Assembly: GCA_040755455.1 (NCBI GenBank)
Contig: JBFMAY010000003.1
Location: 64,047 to 128,046 of the forward strand
Length of the DNA stretch: 64,000 nucleotides
Source: Thermodesulfobacteriota bacterium
GTDB taxonomy: Bacteria > Desulfobacterota > Desulfobulbia > Desulfobulbales > SURF-16
Reading direction: 5' to 3'
Each line of letters opens with the position of its first letter. Position 1 is the first letter of the stretch. The notes under the pieces are model-generated. The model had not been told where the DNA came from and made no database searches. It was given only the letters and a program-made list of their open reading frames with translations. This document shows, piece by piece, positions 38,207 through 48,983 of the stretch. The translations under genes and the position numbers were made by a program.

Positions 38207-38331
38207 TGATGAAACCGTTAAATGTCGCCGGACTGGCCGGAGCATACGATAAATCAATGCATTATCCCCCCCGGGAAGCGGGGACAAATTCCGCCTGAAC
38301 CGATGCAATCGCGTTTTTTACGATTTCATCA
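38207..38331. mobile_element. MITE-like ~125-bp element with terminal inverted repeats
   Basis: TGATGAAACCGTTAAA ... TTTTACGATTTCATCA (14/16 match); no credible gene inside. Confidence 0.5.
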
Positions 38332-38362
38332 ATTATTTTAGCAAATTTCAGGGTGATCATCA

Positions 38363-38743
38363 ATGAAGGCAAAAACGAAAGAGCAACCGGAACAACCAAA
38401 GAGTAAAATGATACGCCACGTCTACCGTCTGCCCATCGAAGAAGAGGACAAGGTTGCCATGGAAATTGATGGAACCAGTTATGAGGTGATCAACCTGGGG
38501 ACTAACGGCGTGGGAATCCTGGTTGATGAAGAAAGTTCCTTTACCGCCGGCCAGCAGCTTGCCGGGATCAAACTGCAACTTGATACCCACCACCTTCAGC
38601 TGCAGGGCAGAGTTGTCCATGTCTCGCCACGAGACTTTCAACTCATCTGCGGCATTGAGTTTATAAAAATGGGCAAGGAAAACGAAGGGACAATGCTCAA
38701 TTTCCTGCGCCGGCATCGAGATAATCTTTTTGGCGGGAAATAA
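38363..38743 (+). CDS. PilZ-domain protein
   Basis: RHVYR (RxxxR), NLGTNG (D/NxSxxG-like), GRVVH, CGIEF. Confidence 0.8.
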   Translation: MKAKTKEQPEQPKSKMIRHVYRLPIEEEDKVAMEIDGTSYEVINLGTNGVGILVDEESSFTAGQQLAGIKLQLDTHHLQLQGRVVHVSPRDFQLICGIEFIKMGKENEGTMLNFLRRHRDNLFGGK

Positions 38744-38776
38744 GCTCTATCTCCTTGACAATAAAGAAATTACCTG

Positions 38777-39208
38777 ATGGAGATCAGGATGGTACAGAAC
38801 AACAAGGAAAAAAGAGATGTACTGGGAAATCTTTTGCAGGGTTCCCAGCATGGAGGGACGATACCGGGCCTGGATGAGTTGACCATGCTGATTGAACGCT
38901 ATTCTCAACCCCTTATCAAAGAGGAGATTGTCCCGCCTTCACCCCACCGGCCTGCCTTGCAGAGCAAAAGCAGGGGCAAAAAATCTTCGGTGAAAACAAA
39001 AGCCACCCACTACCTGACAAAAGAGGTTTTTAAGGATCTCGGGGTGGCCAACGATTTTTTAAGAGGTTTGCTGCCAACTGGTTCAAAGCTGTTGGCGACG
39101 AAATCAAACATAGTCAATTACGCGGTAAAAATGCTGCTTGAAGATTTTGAATCCAAGGGAGAAGAGAGCGAACTGGTAAAAAAACTTCTTAAAGATAATC
39201 CAAAATAA
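38777..39208 (+). CDS. Hypothetical protein, possibly ribbon-helix-helix-like
   Basis: 143-aa ORF; basic linker then KATHYL-helix...KSNIVNYAV pattern; directly upstream of a ParA gene. Confidence 0.6.
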   Translation: MEIRMVQNNKEKRDVLGNLLQGSQHGGTIPGLDELTMLIERYSQPLIKEEIVPPSPHRPALQSKSRGKKSSVKTKATHYLTKEVFKDLGVANDFLRGLLPTGSKLLATKSNIVNYAVKMLLEDFESKGEESELVKKLLKDNPK

Positions 39209-39290
39209 TCTCGATAACATAATTGTTTTTTTATTGTTTCCTTAAAGTTCAGAGAAGATTTTTTTTGTTTTTACATTTTGGAGACTTAAT

Positions 39291-40214
39291 ATGGTCATCA
39301 TCTGCCCTCACTGTCAAAAAGAACACTCCATTGACGAAACTCGCCTGCCGTCTAACGTTACGAAGGTTCGTTGCAAGTTCTGCAAGGAGCAATTTGACAT
39401 AGTCACTCCCAAACCGTCTTCTGCGGCTCAACCTGCGGCACCCGGAAAAAGCACGGAACCGAGAAAAATCGCGGTTACCCTCTCCAAGGGCGGGGTGGGC
39501 AAAACCACGACGGCGGTCAATCTTGCCGCAGGCCTGGCCCTGGCCGGATTTAAGGTCCTGCTGGTTGATACGGACACCCAGGGCCAGTCAAGCTTTATGC
39601 TCGGCGTCAAGCCCAAGGCCGGCCTGACCGAATTTGTCAATAACGAGCTTTCCCTGGATGAAATCATGATCCAGGCCAGGGACCGGCTGTGGCTGCTGGC
39701 CGGCGGCAGATCACTGGCAGGGCTAAAACGGGTGATCGACCGCAAGGATTTCGGCGGGGAGATGACGCTGCGGGAAAAACTGAGCACCATTGACAATAAA
39801 TTTGATTATGTGATAGTTGACACCTCCCCCGGATGGGACCCCTTAATCGTCAACGTCCTTTTTTACGTCAAGGAGGTGCTCACCCCCGTCTCGCTGGAGG
39901 TGATGACCTTGCAGGGGCTGGTGGAGTTTCTCAAAAGCATGTCGTCCATCCAGAAGTACAACAAGGATGTCGCCCTCAAGTATATTCTCCCCACCTTTCA
40001 TGACCAGCGGGTAAAGAAATCAAACGGCATCCTGAGCAAGCTTGAAGAGCTGTACGGCAACCATGTCTGCACTCCGATCCGTTACAACGTGAGACTTTCC
40101 GAAGCTCCCGCCTATGGCCAGACCATTTACGAGTTTGCTCCGGGCTCCCCCGGTGCCCAGGATTACCGGGAACTGATCAGGAAGGTAACCAATAACCCCA
40201 AACTGTTTACCTGA
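39291..40214 (+). CDS. ParA/Soj-family ATPase with N-terminal zinc ribbon
   Basis: CPHC-x17-VRCKFC; KGGVGKTT deviant Walker A, DTDTQG, VDTSP, IRYNVRLSEAP. Confidence 0.92.
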   Translation: MVIICPHCQKEHSIDETRLPSNVTKVRCKFCKEQFDIVTPKPSSAAQPAAPGKSTEPRKIAVTLSKGGVGKTTTAVNLAAGLALAGFKVLLVDTDTQGQSSFMLGVKPKAGLTEFVNNELSLDEIMIQARDRLWLLAGGRSLAGLKRVIDRKDFGGEMTLREKLSTIDNKFDYVIVDTSPGWDPLIVNVLFYVKEVLTPVSLEVMTLQGLVEFLKSMSSIQKYNKDVALKYILPTFHDQRVKKSNGILSKLEELYGNHVCTPIRYNVRLSEAPAYGQTIYEFAPGSPGAQDYRELIRKVTNNPKLFT

Positions 40215-40221
40215 TCTGCCC

Positions 40222-41151
40222 ATGGCTGCCAGTAATCATGATACAATAATCCTTGCCAATGAGGCATCCGAGGCCTTGGGCCGCCGGATTGCCCAGTGTC
40301 TGGATTTTCCCTTCACCCGGGTCCAGAAGAAATTTTTTACCGATGGAGAGATTTATCACGCCTTTCCGGAGGACATTGCCGGCCGGGATGTGGTCATCGT
40401 CGGGGCTACCCATAACGACCAATCCCACCTTGAACTCATCGATTTAATCGACGGCTGCCATTATTACCGGGCCAGGACAGTCAATGTCGTCATTCCTTTC
40501 CTGGGCTACTCCACCATGGAGCAGGCAAAACCAGATTCCAATGAGATACCAAAAGGCATTACCCGGACCAGGCAGATTTTCCGGGCCAGACCGGATTTTG
40601 TCGCCTTTATCGACCTCCACTCCGAGGCGGTGCTGCATGCCCACCAGGGAGATGTGCAGACCCTGCATATCAACACAACCAACCTGATCGTCCAGAAGAT
40701 CAGGGAACTGCAACTCGGCAACTTTGTGCTTGTCTCACCCGATTATGGCCGCAGCAAATGGGTGGCCCGTCTTGCCGGGCAGCTCAACGCCCCCCATACC
40801 GCGGCGGACAAAGATCGCTATGCCATGGATAAAACCATGGTGCATCAGGTGGCGAGCGTGGTGAAGGATAAGCTGGTCATCATCTGCGATGACATGATCC
40901 GCACCGGCGGTTCCATTATCCAGACGGCCCAGCGCTGCCGGGAAGCCGGCGCCAGGGACACCATACTGTTTGCCACCCATCTTGTCCTGGCCGGACAATC
41001 CAGGCAGAAGTTCAAAGACCACGGCATAGGCAAGATAATCGGGGCCGACACATATCCCGGGGTTGAAAGTGATGAACTGCTGGATGTTTTTTCCGTGGCG
41101 CCGCTGGTTGCCAGCACGTTGAAACGCCATTTAGGCGCCGTGGCGAAATAA
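40222..41151 (+). CDS. prs: Ribose-phosphate pyrophosphokinase
   Basis: FTDGE, IDLH, VSPD.G, DDMIRTGGS, ATH. Confidence 0.88.
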   Translation: MAASNHDTIILANEASEALGRRIAQCLDFPFTRVQKKFFTDGEIYHAFPEDIAGRDVVIVGATHNDQSHLELIDLIDGCHYYRARTVNVVIPFLGYSTMEQAKPDSNEIPKGITRTRQIFRARPDFVAFIDLHSEAVLHAHQGDVQTLHINTTNLIVQKIRELQLGNFVLVSPDYGRSKWVARLAGQLNAPHTAADKDRYAMDKTMVHQVASVVKDKLVIICDDMIRTGGSIIQTAQRCREAGARDTILFATHLVLAGQSRQKFKDHGIGKIIGADTYPGVESDELLDVFSVAPLVASTLKRHLGAVAK

Positions 41152-41228
41152 CCCTTTTGCCCCGCCGCTTCGCTGCCAATCCCCCTCTTGGGGGGCAACT
41201 GTGGGTTCACAAGCAACCGGAATTGACT

Positions 41229-41621
41229 ATGGGAATGGAACGACGCCTCTTGCAACGGTACCCGCTGATGCTCAACGGCTCACTCTTCCTCTGTCAGGGA
41301 AAAGGCGGCCCCAGGTTGAGCAGGCCCGTCAGCTGCCGGGTTGTTGACTTGTCCAGAAGAGGCGGGGGGGTCCTCATCTGGCAGATCATCGTCGATAATC
41401 ATCACCTTTTTTTTGCCCCCCTGGAATCCGAGCAACTCATTCTCCATCTGGTCATAGGTCAGGAAGAGGCGGATACCCCCGCCATCACCCTTGCCGTCCG
41501 TCCTTTATGGTTTGATCGTATCCTGTTCGAGGATCAACAACCTTTTAAAATAGGCATCGAGTTCCTGGAAAAGATCGCTGAAAAGGATTTCCGTCTCCTG
41601 AAAAAGAGAGCCAGCCGCTGA
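41229..41621 (+). CDS. PilZ-domain protein
   Basis: ERRLLQR, DLSRRG, IGIEF; start 41229 or 41235. Confidence 0.78.
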   Translation: MGMERRLLQRYPLMLNGSLFLCQGKGGPRLSRPVSCRVVDLSRRGGGVLIWQIIVDNHHLFFAPLESEQLILHLVIGQEEADTPAITLAVRPLWFDRILFEDQQPFKIGIEFLEKIAEKDFRLLKKRASR

Positions 41622-41641
41622 TTGGCGAGACCTGCCGCACC

Positions 41642-42697
41642 CTACACCACAAGATCGATTTCCTGGATGGCTGCGGCAGCGCCGTTTTCCAACAGGGCCA
41701 GGGATGTCTGCCGGATCTGTCCGAGCTGGTTATTGGCACTGTCTGTCAACTCAAACTGGGTGTTCAGGGGCGACAACAGCAGGGCACCGATACGCATGTC
41801 GGTAGCGGAAACAAGCTGCTGGTTGCCGGCCTGGTCGGCCATCCACACCTTGAGACTGACAAAAATCGGGTCATTTTCATCCAGCCAGCCGTTGGCATCC
41901 GCATCATATCCGGCAAGCTCGCGAAAGCCGTGACCGCTGGCCGGGCCAAAGAGCTCGGCGCCGTTGTTCACTTTCCCGTCTCCATTGCGGTCAATGGCCA
42001 GAAAACCGCTGCCTGGAGCGACAAAGGCCATCTCCTCCACTTGGGCGTCACCGTCCAGATCAAAGCTGCATGTCACATCACCGAGTCTGGCTCCCTGACC
42101 GTTGAAATTAATGACCAGCGGATCAACCAGGCGGGCGTCGCCGGCCTGCAGATGCAGCCGGGATTCCACCTGAAACTGCCGCTGCATCTGCAGCTCATAG
42201 GCAAAATCAAGCTGTCTGCCATCCGCGGTGACGACCTGTCCCGCTGCGGAGAAATGGATGCTCTCCTCTTCGCTGTGCGACTGGGAATAGTCAAATTCCA
42301 TACCCCAGCCCAGACGCTCCACCGGTTGGGCGGCTGCATTTGCCGGCGGACTGGTGTACTGGGTAAAACTGTCCGGCACATCCGCTGCAGCGCCGGCATG
42401 AAAGGCCGCCACGGCTATTTTGCGGCCGGTGAGCAGTTCCAGGGTGAGCCGCATGGCGCGGAGTTTCGGGTCCTCCGCCAATTCGTTATTTTCCAAGGAA
42501 GCACCTGCCGGGGCAGCTCCGGAGCAGGAAGGGCATGGCAGGGTTCGGGTGAGCGATTCCATGGAAAGGGAAACCCGGTCAGCAACGGTTTGCGGCTGGT
42601 TTTCGTCCCGCCAGAACGTGAGGGAGCTTGTCGTAACATCCTCCTGGTAATAAGCATGCCCAGCAGTCAGGTTGAGGCTGGCAGCGGTGATCTTCAT
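41642..42697 (-). CDS. Conserved hypothetical protein with Ca-binding-like DxDxDG repeats
   Basis: DPLVINF, FDLDGD, SGFLAIDRNGDGKVNNGAELFG, DANGWLDENDP, EIDL C-terminus. Confidence 0.8.
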   Translation of the reverse strand: MKITAASLNLTAGHAYYQEDVTTSSLTFWRDENQPQTVADRVSLSMESLTRTLPCPSCSGAAPAGASLENNELAEDPKLRAMRLTLELLTGRKIAVAAFHAGAAADVPDSFTQYTSPPANAAAQPVERLGWGMEFDYSQSHSEEESIHFSAAGQVVTADGRQLDFAYELQMQRQFQVESRLHLQAGDARLVDPLVINFNGQGARLGDVTCSFDLDGDAQVEEMAFVAPGSGFLAIDRNGDGKVNNGAELFGPASGHGFRELAGYDADANGWLDENDPIFVSLKVWMADQAGNQQLVSATDMRIGALLLSPLNTQFELTDSANNQLGQIRQTSLALLENGAAAAIQEIDLVV

Positions 42698-42917
42698 CTT
42701 TCCCTCCCGTTTATCCCATGCACGCGTAAAGAGATCTCAAGTCAGGGGCTGGGTTGCTTGCCGGGTATGTCATTTTGCAGAAATCCCGGGGTAATAAAAG
42801 CCAGAGCCGAACCGCAAACGCAAAACAAGAAACTCTCTAAGCCGTTGTACATAAATAACATGGTCGGATAAATGCCCGGAACGGCACTCTTTTCAGTACC
42901 CCCTTGAGGGGTATAAA

Positions 42918-42970
42918 GAGCCGTAACAAATAGTTATAAAGCGACAAGTTATTTCGTAACGGCTCCCAAG
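42918..42970. repeat. ~54-bp palindromic intergenic element (copy 2)
   Basis: Near-identical to 790-843. Confidence 0.8.
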
Positions 42971-43071
42971 TCCGTATACAGTAGGTATCGGCGGCAGGAA
43001 AAAACGAGATGAAGAAATTTTTTCGTTGAATTTTTATCGATGCAGAAAACACCACAAGGAGACGACAACGC

Positions 43072-45585
43072 TCACGCCTTGAAGAAACGCAGGCGCAAGG
43101 CGTTGCTGACCACGGAAACCGAACTCAAGGCCATGGCGCCGCCCGCGATCATCGGGTTCAGGGTTGGACCGCCGAAGATGTAAAGCAGGCCGGCCGCCAC
43201 CGGAATGCCGATGACATTGTAGGCAAAGGCCCAGAAGAGGTTCTGTTTGATGTTTCTCATGGTTGCCCGGCTGAGCTGGAGCGCGGTCAGCACATGCCTG
43301 AGGTTGCCCTGCATCAGCACGATGTCTCCGCTTTCAATGGCAACATCAATACCGGTGCCCATGGCGATGCCCAGATCCGCCGTGGCCAGGGCCGGGGCGT
43401 CGTTTATCCCGTCACCCACCATGGCCACCACCCTGCCCTGTTTTTTGATTCTCTCGATTTCGTCCGCCTTATGCTCGGGCAGGACCTGGGCAATGACCTC
43501 GGTAATGCCGGCCTGGCGGGCAATGGCCCGGGCCGTTTTTTCGTGATCACCGGTGAGCATCACCACCTCAACGCCCATGGCCTGCAGCCGGCGGACAGTT
43601 TCCGCCGCCTCATCCTTGATCCTGTCGGCAATGGCCAGCAGGGCGGAAAATCGGCCGTCCAGGGCGACAAACAGGGCGGTCTTGCCTGCGGCGGCAAGCC
43701 CATCAGCAGTCTGGCGGGCATCACTGTCCACCGCCACACCCTTTTCGCTCAGCAGTTCGATGTTGCCGAGCAGCACCTGAACCTCATGCCGCCCATTGCC
43801 GCTCTCTTGATGAACAGCGGCAGCAATGCCCCGACCCGGTAAGGCGGTAAAGGCAAGAGGTTCAGCCGGTTGCAGCCCCTTTCCCCGGGCAGCCTGGACA
43901 ATGGCCTCCGCCAGGGGATGTTCGGAACCCCTTTCCGCACTGGCAATAAGGGCAAGCAGCTCATCATCGCTTGACCGGGAAAAATTTTTGAGATCGGTCA
44001 GCTCCGGTTTGCCATAGGTCAGGGTGCCTGTTTTATCAAATACCACGGTCTGTACCTTCTGGGCCATTTCCAGCGCTTCGCCGTTTTTCACCAGCACGCC
44101 GAGCTGGGCGCCACGGCCGGTGCCGACCATGATGGAGGTCGGAGTGGCAAGCCCCATGGCGCAGGGACAGGCAATGACCAGCACGGCGATAAAAATCCGC
44201 AGGGCAAAGGTAAATTCGGCATGGCCGATAAAATACCAGGCCAGGCCGGCAACAACGGCAATGGCCATGACCGCCGGGACAAAGTAGAGACTGATTCGGT
44301 CGGCAAGATTAGCGATGGGCGCCTTGGAGCCCTGGGCGTCCTGCACCATCTTGATGATACGGCTCAGCATGGTGTCCTGGCCGACCTTTCTGGCCCGGAC
44401 ATGCAGGATGCCATTTTTGTTCAGGGTGCCCCCCACCACTTCATCACCCGGCCCCTTCTGCACCGGCAGACTCTCGCCGGTGAGCATGGACTGGTCCACA
44501 CTGGAGCTGCCTTTCTCGATAACGCCGTCAATGGGCAGCCTTTCCCCCGGCCTGATAAACAGCAGGTCGCCCGCCAGGATTTCATCCACCAGGATCTCCT
44601 CCTGACTGTCACCCCTGATCAATGTGGCCTTGTCCGGGGCCAGCTGCATGAGCTGGCTGATGGCGTCGGAGGTGCGGGCCTTTGATCGGGTTTCCAGATA
44701 TTTGCCCAGGGAAACCAGGGCGATCAGCATGGCCGCACTTTCAAAATAGAGATCATGGGCCCTGGCGACCGCCTCGATGCCCAGCCAGATTTCCACCAGG
44801 TTCCAGGAGGAATAGATAAAGGCGGCCCCGGTGCCCACCGCAATGAGCGAATCCATGTTCGGGGCACCGCGCAGCAGACTGGGAAAACCGACAAGATAGA
44901 AATTGCGGCCGAGCCAGAGCACCGGCAGCACCAGCAGGAACTGCAGCAGGGCAAAATTCAGGGGATGGTGTGCCGGATGAAGAAAGGCGGGCATGGTTAT
45001 GCCGACCATATGGCCCATGGAAACAAACATGACAAGGAAGCCCAGGATAAATAAGGGAATGAGGCGCCTCTTCAACACCCGCAGCCTGTCCATGATTTCC
45101 TGCTGCTGGCTGGAAAGAAAAGTGGTTGACGAGGAAACAGACTCAGCCTTGAAACCAAGATCATCGATGGTCTGCCGTACCTGTCTCTGGCTGACCCGGC
45201 CCGGATCGATAACGATCTTCACCAGCTCGGTGGCCAGATTCACCTCGCACCGTTGCACCCCTTCCATGCCGCCCACCACCTTTTCAATGCGGCTGGAGCA
45301 GGAGGCGCAGTGCATGCCTTTGACCGACAGCGTGATCTCCGATTCCGCGCGTGGCGGAACAAGTTCAAAACCGAGACCTGCTATCCGCTCAGCGACCGTT
45401 CCCAGGGTAAGCCGGCTCGCGTCCCAGTACAGATCAATTTTAGCGGTGGCGAGATTGACCGAGACGCGGTCAACCCCTTCCATGCCGCCCACCACCTTTT
45501 CAATGCGGCTGGAGCAGGAGGCGCAGTGCATGCCTTTGATATCGGCCTGAAGATGCTCAAGCTGCCCTGTGTTCTTTGCATTCAT
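43072..45585 (-). CDS. copA: Copper-translocating P1B-type ATPase with two HMA domains
   Basis: 2x [33 protein letters not shown]..and MALSS. Confidence 0.96.
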   Translation of the reverse strand: MNAKNTGQLEHLQADIKGMHCASCSSRIEKVVGGMEGVDRVSVNLATAKIDLYWDASRLTLGTVAERIAGLGFELVPPRAESEITLSVKGMHCASCSSRIEKVVGGMEGVQRCEVNLATELVKIVIDPGRVSQRQVRQTIDDLGFKAESVSSSTTFLSSQQQEIMDRLRVLKRRLIPLFILGFLVMFVSMGHMVGITMPAFLHPAHHPLNFALLQFLLVLPVLWLGRNFYLVGFPSLLRGAPNMDSLIAVGTGAAFIYSSWNLVEIWLGIEAVARAHDLYFESAAMLIALVSLGKYLETRSKARTSDAISQLMQLAPDKATLIRGDSQEEILVDEILAGDLLFIRPGERLPIDGVIEKGSSSVDQSMLTGESLPVQKGPGDEVVGGTLNKNGILHVRARKVGQDTMLSRIIKMVQDAQGSKAPIANLADRISLYFVPAVMAIAVVAGLAWYFIGHAEFTFALRIFIAVLVIACPCAMGLATPTSIMVGTGRGAQLGVLVKNGEALEMAQKVQTVVFDKTGTLTYGKPELTDLKNFSRSSDDELLALIASAERGSEHPLAEAIVQAARGKGLQPAEPLAFTALPGRGIAAAVHQESGNGRHEVQVLLGNIELLSEKGVAVDSDARQTADGLAAAGKTALFVALDGRFSALLAIADRIKDEAAETVRRLQAMGVEVVMLTGDHEKTARAIARQAGITEVIAQVLPEHKADEIERIKKQGRVVAMVGDGINDAPALATADLGIAMGTGIDVAIESGDIVLMQGNLRHVLTALQLSRATMRNIKQNLFWAFAYNVIGIPVAAGLLYIFGGPTLNPMIAGGAMALSSVSVVSNALRLRFFKA

Positions 45586-45729
45586 ATTGACACCTCACAT
45601 GAGGATAAAATTTGTCAGATCTTCCATTTTCATAAAAAAAGAATTATTAATACTATTAAGATAACAGTTAATCATTGGAATAACTGCATGCAACTGTTTG
45701 ACAGATCAAATACTTCAGGAGGCAAAGAT

Positions 45730-45930
45730 ATGGCAACCATTAAAATCAACGGGATGCGTTGCGCCCATTGCTCAGGCTCGGTGACCAAGGCGCTGGAAGG
45801 CATTGATGGAATCAGCAACGTCCGGGTGGACCTGGAAAAGGGAGAGGCGACTTATACGGAAAACCGGCCTGTGCCGCTTGAGTCCATCAGGGATGCCATC
45901 AGCAAAATAGGCTTTGAGGTCGCCGGTTAG
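45730..45930 (+). CDS. copZ: Copper chaperone (HMA domain)
   Basis: 66 aa, GMRCAHC, AGGAGG RBS, divergent from copA. Confidence 0.9.
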   Translation: MATIKINGMRCAHCSGSVTKALEGIDGISNVRVDLEKGEATYTENRPVPLESIRDAISKIGFEVAG

Positions 45931-45946
45931 CTTATTAAAACCGGTG

Positions 45947-45988
45947 GTTCAATCCCTTGCCTGACTCCTGCCCGGCAAGGGGTTGAAC
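45947..45988. terminator. Hairpin between convergent genes
   Basis: GTTCAATCCCTTGCC ... GGCAAGGGGTTGAAC. Confidence 0.6.
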
Positions 45989-46015
45989 TTTATCAAAGCT
46001 ATTGCTGCTGAGCTT

Positions 46016-47170
46016 TTACTTTCTCTTTTTCTGCTTTACCGGCAGAACAACAATGAACTCGGCGCCTTTACCGGATGATGAACGGGCTGCGATGGTCCCC
46101 CCATGCCGATCAACGATCTTTTTGCAGATGGCGAGACCGATACCGGTGCCGTTATAATCATCCCTGCCGTGTAGCCGCTGGAACAGGCCGAAAATCTGCT
46201 CCTGGAAACAGGCATCAAAACCGATACCATTGTCTTTGACCACAAACTGGCAGAGAGTGCCCCTGCCGACATTTTGCGGAGTGAGCAAGGGGAACACTTC
46301 GATAAAGGGCGGTTCGCCGGGAGAAGAGTATTTCAGGGCGTTTGACACCAGATTCTGGAACAGCTGACGCATCTGCAGCGGGTCAGCCTCAACAGTGCCG
46401 AGGTCATCAGCAATGCTTACCCTGGCCTTCTTGACGTCAATCCGCACCTCAAGGTCGGCAATGACCTCATGGACGATACAGTTTAAATCGACCTGCACGA
46501 AATCCTGGGCCTGGGTGGTCAGCCGGGAATACTGCAGCAGTCCGTCAATGAGACCCTGCATGCGGCTTGCCGCCTTTTCAATGCGCTGCAGATAGAGGGC
46601 GCCCTGCTCGTCCAGCACGGAGCGGGACTTGGTGGTGATCCGCTCGGCAAAAGCACGGATCAGGTGGAGCGGCTCCTGCAGATCATGGGAAACCACATAG
46701 GTGAAATCCTTCAGTTCACGATTGGTCTGTTCCAGGCGGCTGGTAAAATCACTCAGTTCAATTTCGCCTTTTCTTTTCTGGATGAGAAAATTGATCCGGT
46801 AATGCAGCAGTTTCCAGTGAATCGGCTCCCGGACATAGTCATCGGCCCCTGCGGCAAAGGCCCGGTCAATCAGTTCATCATCGTCCGGTCCGAAAAGCAT
46901 CAGGGCGGCCGGACGTTTCTGAAAAAAACTTTTCTGCAGTTGTTCGCAGACATTGATGCCGTCACAATCCTGATGCACCGAAAGAAGGATCAGGTCCGGG
47001 GCATGGCTGACTGCGAGCCTCATCGCATCTGCACAGTGCTCGACACGAATGAGGTGATAATCCTTTTGCAGAAAGGATTGCATCTGCAGGTCCAGGGCGG
47101 ATGCGCCGCAGGCAAGCAGAATGACTGCCTTGCCTGTACCTTCGGGCAGATGAGACTGATGATTCTGCAT
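46016..47170 (-). CDS. Histidine kinase with degenerate N-terminal receiver
   Basis: SHDLQEP, NLVSNALKY, DNGIG, GTGIGL; receiver-like N-terminus lacking catalytic residues. Confidence 0.9.
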   Translation of the reverse strand: MQNHQSHLPEGTGKAVILLACGASALDLQMQSFLQKDYHLIRVEHCADAMRLAVSHAPDLILLSVHQDCDGINVCEQLQKSFFQKRPAALMLFGPDDDELIDRAFAAGADDYVREPIHWKLLHYRINFLIQKRKGEIELSDFTSRLEQTNRELKDFTYVVSHDLQEPLHLIRAFAERITTKSRSVLDEQGALYLQRIEKAASRMQGLIDGLLQYSRLTTQAQDFVQVDLNCIVHEVIADLEVRIDVKKARVSIADDLGTVEADPLQMRQLFQNLVSNALKYSSPGEPPFIEVFPLLTPQNVGRGTLCQFVVKDNGIGFDACFQEQIFGLFQRLHGRDDYNGTGIGLAICKKIVDRHGGTIAARSSSGKGAEFIVVLPVKQKKRK

Positions 47171-47172
47171 GG

Positions 47173-48186
47173 TTAGTCCTGAAAGAGTTTCCCCAGACCG
47201 CCGATTACCGAACCTTCACCCCGTGATTGCGTGCCTGTCTGCGGGGCGGACTCATGGATCTTGCCGGCGAGCCGGGAAAAAGGCAGTGACTGCAGCCAGA
47301 CATGCCCCGGCCCGGTGAGCTGCGCAAAGAAAAAACCCTCACCGCCGAAGATTCCTGATTTAATGCCGCTTACCGTCTGGATATCATAGTTGACGGATTT
47401 GGTTAAGGCAACCAGACAACCTGTATCAACTCGTAATGATTCGCCGAAATTCAGCTCCTTTTCGATAATGGTGCCGCCGGCATGGACAAAGGCCAGACCG
47501 TCGCCCTCGAGCTTCTGCATGATGAACCCTTCACCACCGAACAGGGCGACCCCGATTTTCTTCTGGAAATGAATCCCGATGCTTACCCCTTTGGCCGCAC
47601 AGAGAAAGGCGTCCTTCTGACAGATGATCGTGCCGTTATAGTTTTTCAGGTCAAGGGGAATGATCTTGCCGGGGTATGGTGAGGCAAAGGCTACTCTTTT
47701 CTTGCCGGGGACCTGATTGGTGAACACGGTGCAGAAAAGACTTTCACCGGTGATCAGCCGTTTACCTGCCCCGAGAAATTTGTCCATCAGGCTGCCGGCG
47801 GCGCTCTCGCTGCCGTCGCCGAAGACGGTCTGCATCTCAATGCCGTCCTCCATGTACATCATGGCCCCTGCTTCCGCCACCGCGCTTTCATGCTGATCAA
47901 GTTCAACCTCGACAAACTGCATTTCATGGCCGAAAATCTCAAAGTCGATTTCATGGGCCTTCAGCATCGATGCCCCGGCAGTCGGCGGCGGAGGCGCCAT
48001 GGGCTGAACATTGTTCCCTCTCATCCGGAACTCCGGCACCTCGGCCAACGGCTGCCACGTCGCGTATCCCTTTTTCCACAGCAGGCTCTGGGGCGTATAG
48101 AGCCCTGCATCGAGTCCCTCCGCTATCTGTTCCTGGGTGAAAGGACCGCGGGATTTTCCGTCAACAGCAACAAACCAGGTACTCAT
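47173..48186 (-). CDS. AIM24/TIGR00266-family protein with N-terminal GYF_2-like domain
   Basis: W....G..RGPF...LLWKKG...[33 protein letters not shown]. Confidence 0.88.
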   Translation of the reverse strand: MSTWFVAVDGKSRGPFTQEQIAEGLDAGLYTPQSLLWKKGYATWQPLAEVPEFRMRGNNVQPMAPPPPTAGASMLKAHEIDFEIFGHEMQFVEVELDQHESAVAEAGAMMYMEDGIEMQTVFGDGSESAAGSLMDKFLGAGKRLITGESLFCTVFTNQVPGKKRVAFASPYPGKIIPLDLKNYNGTIICQKDAFLCAAKGVSIGIHFQKKIGVALFGGEGFIMQKLEGDGLAFVHAGGTIIEKELNFGESLRVDTGCLVALTKSVNYDIQTVSGIKSGIFGGEGFFFAQLTGPGHVWLQSLPFSRLAGKIHESAPQTGTQSRGEGSVIGGLGKLFQD

Positions 48187-48286
48187 ATAACATGCCTCCT
48201 TGTTTCAGAATTTCAATATATCGAGTGATATGTTTGCAGGTGCCGGCAAGTGGGCGGCACCACGGCAGACGTGACTTGCACATTCT

Positions 48287-48868
48287 CTATTTATAGAGCC
48301 TATGGCACTCTTTGGTCAAATGGTTTACCTCGGAAATCTTCTGTCGGGCCGCAGCAAAATCTCCCTTCTCCGCCGCAGCGATGCAGGCCTTCACCCTGTC
48401 AGCACACTCCCGCCAGCCATCAAACCACTGGCTGTGGGCAAAGAGATTATAATCCTCGCATTTTTGGCGCAGCTCGGCAGCGAGCTCCCTGGACAGAACG
48501 TATTCCGCCCCCACCTGCTTCACTACCTCTTTCCACAGGCGGCTGATGTCTTTTTTAAGTTTCCCCCCACCTGAGGCCGGGAATTTCTGCATTATTTTAT
48601 CGCTGGCCGCCGGAACGGGCGGGAACAGGGCCTGCTCCGCCACCCTGGCCTGCAGAAAAAATTCACAGGAAAGCGTGCCCTTTTTCAACTGTTTTTTCAT
48701 GACAAAGGAAAAAGAATCTCCCACCGGCAGCTTTTCACCATTGATGATCAGGGCGCCATCGGCAATTTCAGCGGCCAGACGTGTCAGTTCCAGGGCGATT
48801 TCCGAGCCTGACCGCCACACATCCTTTCTTTTGCTGGTTTCTTCCAGATAGACTTTTTTGGGGTCCAT
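48287..48868 (-). CDS. XXXCH-domain protein (GAK-system-like)
   Basis: LKK.I...WK and C-terminal KECH..YK; start moved to ATG 48868 behind GGAG. Confidence 0.65.
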   Translation of the reverse strand: MDPKKVYLEETSKRKDVWRSGSEIALELTRLAAEIADGALIINGEKLPVGDSFSFVMKKQLKKGTLSCEFFLQARVAEQALFPPVPAASDKIMQKFPASGGGKLKKDISRLWKEVVKQVGAEYVLSRELAAELRQKCEDYNLFAHSQWFDGWRECADRVKACIAAAEKGDFAAARQKISEVNHLTKECHRLYK

Positions 48869-48983
48869 GTTTTCTCCAGGCAGAGAGGGAAATTGCTCCA
48901 CCCTGTGCAAGATCGGCATAAAGGGCAGTATTGCCCGAAAGCATATATAAAGGAGGATGAAGTTTTAATTCAAAAACTATAAG

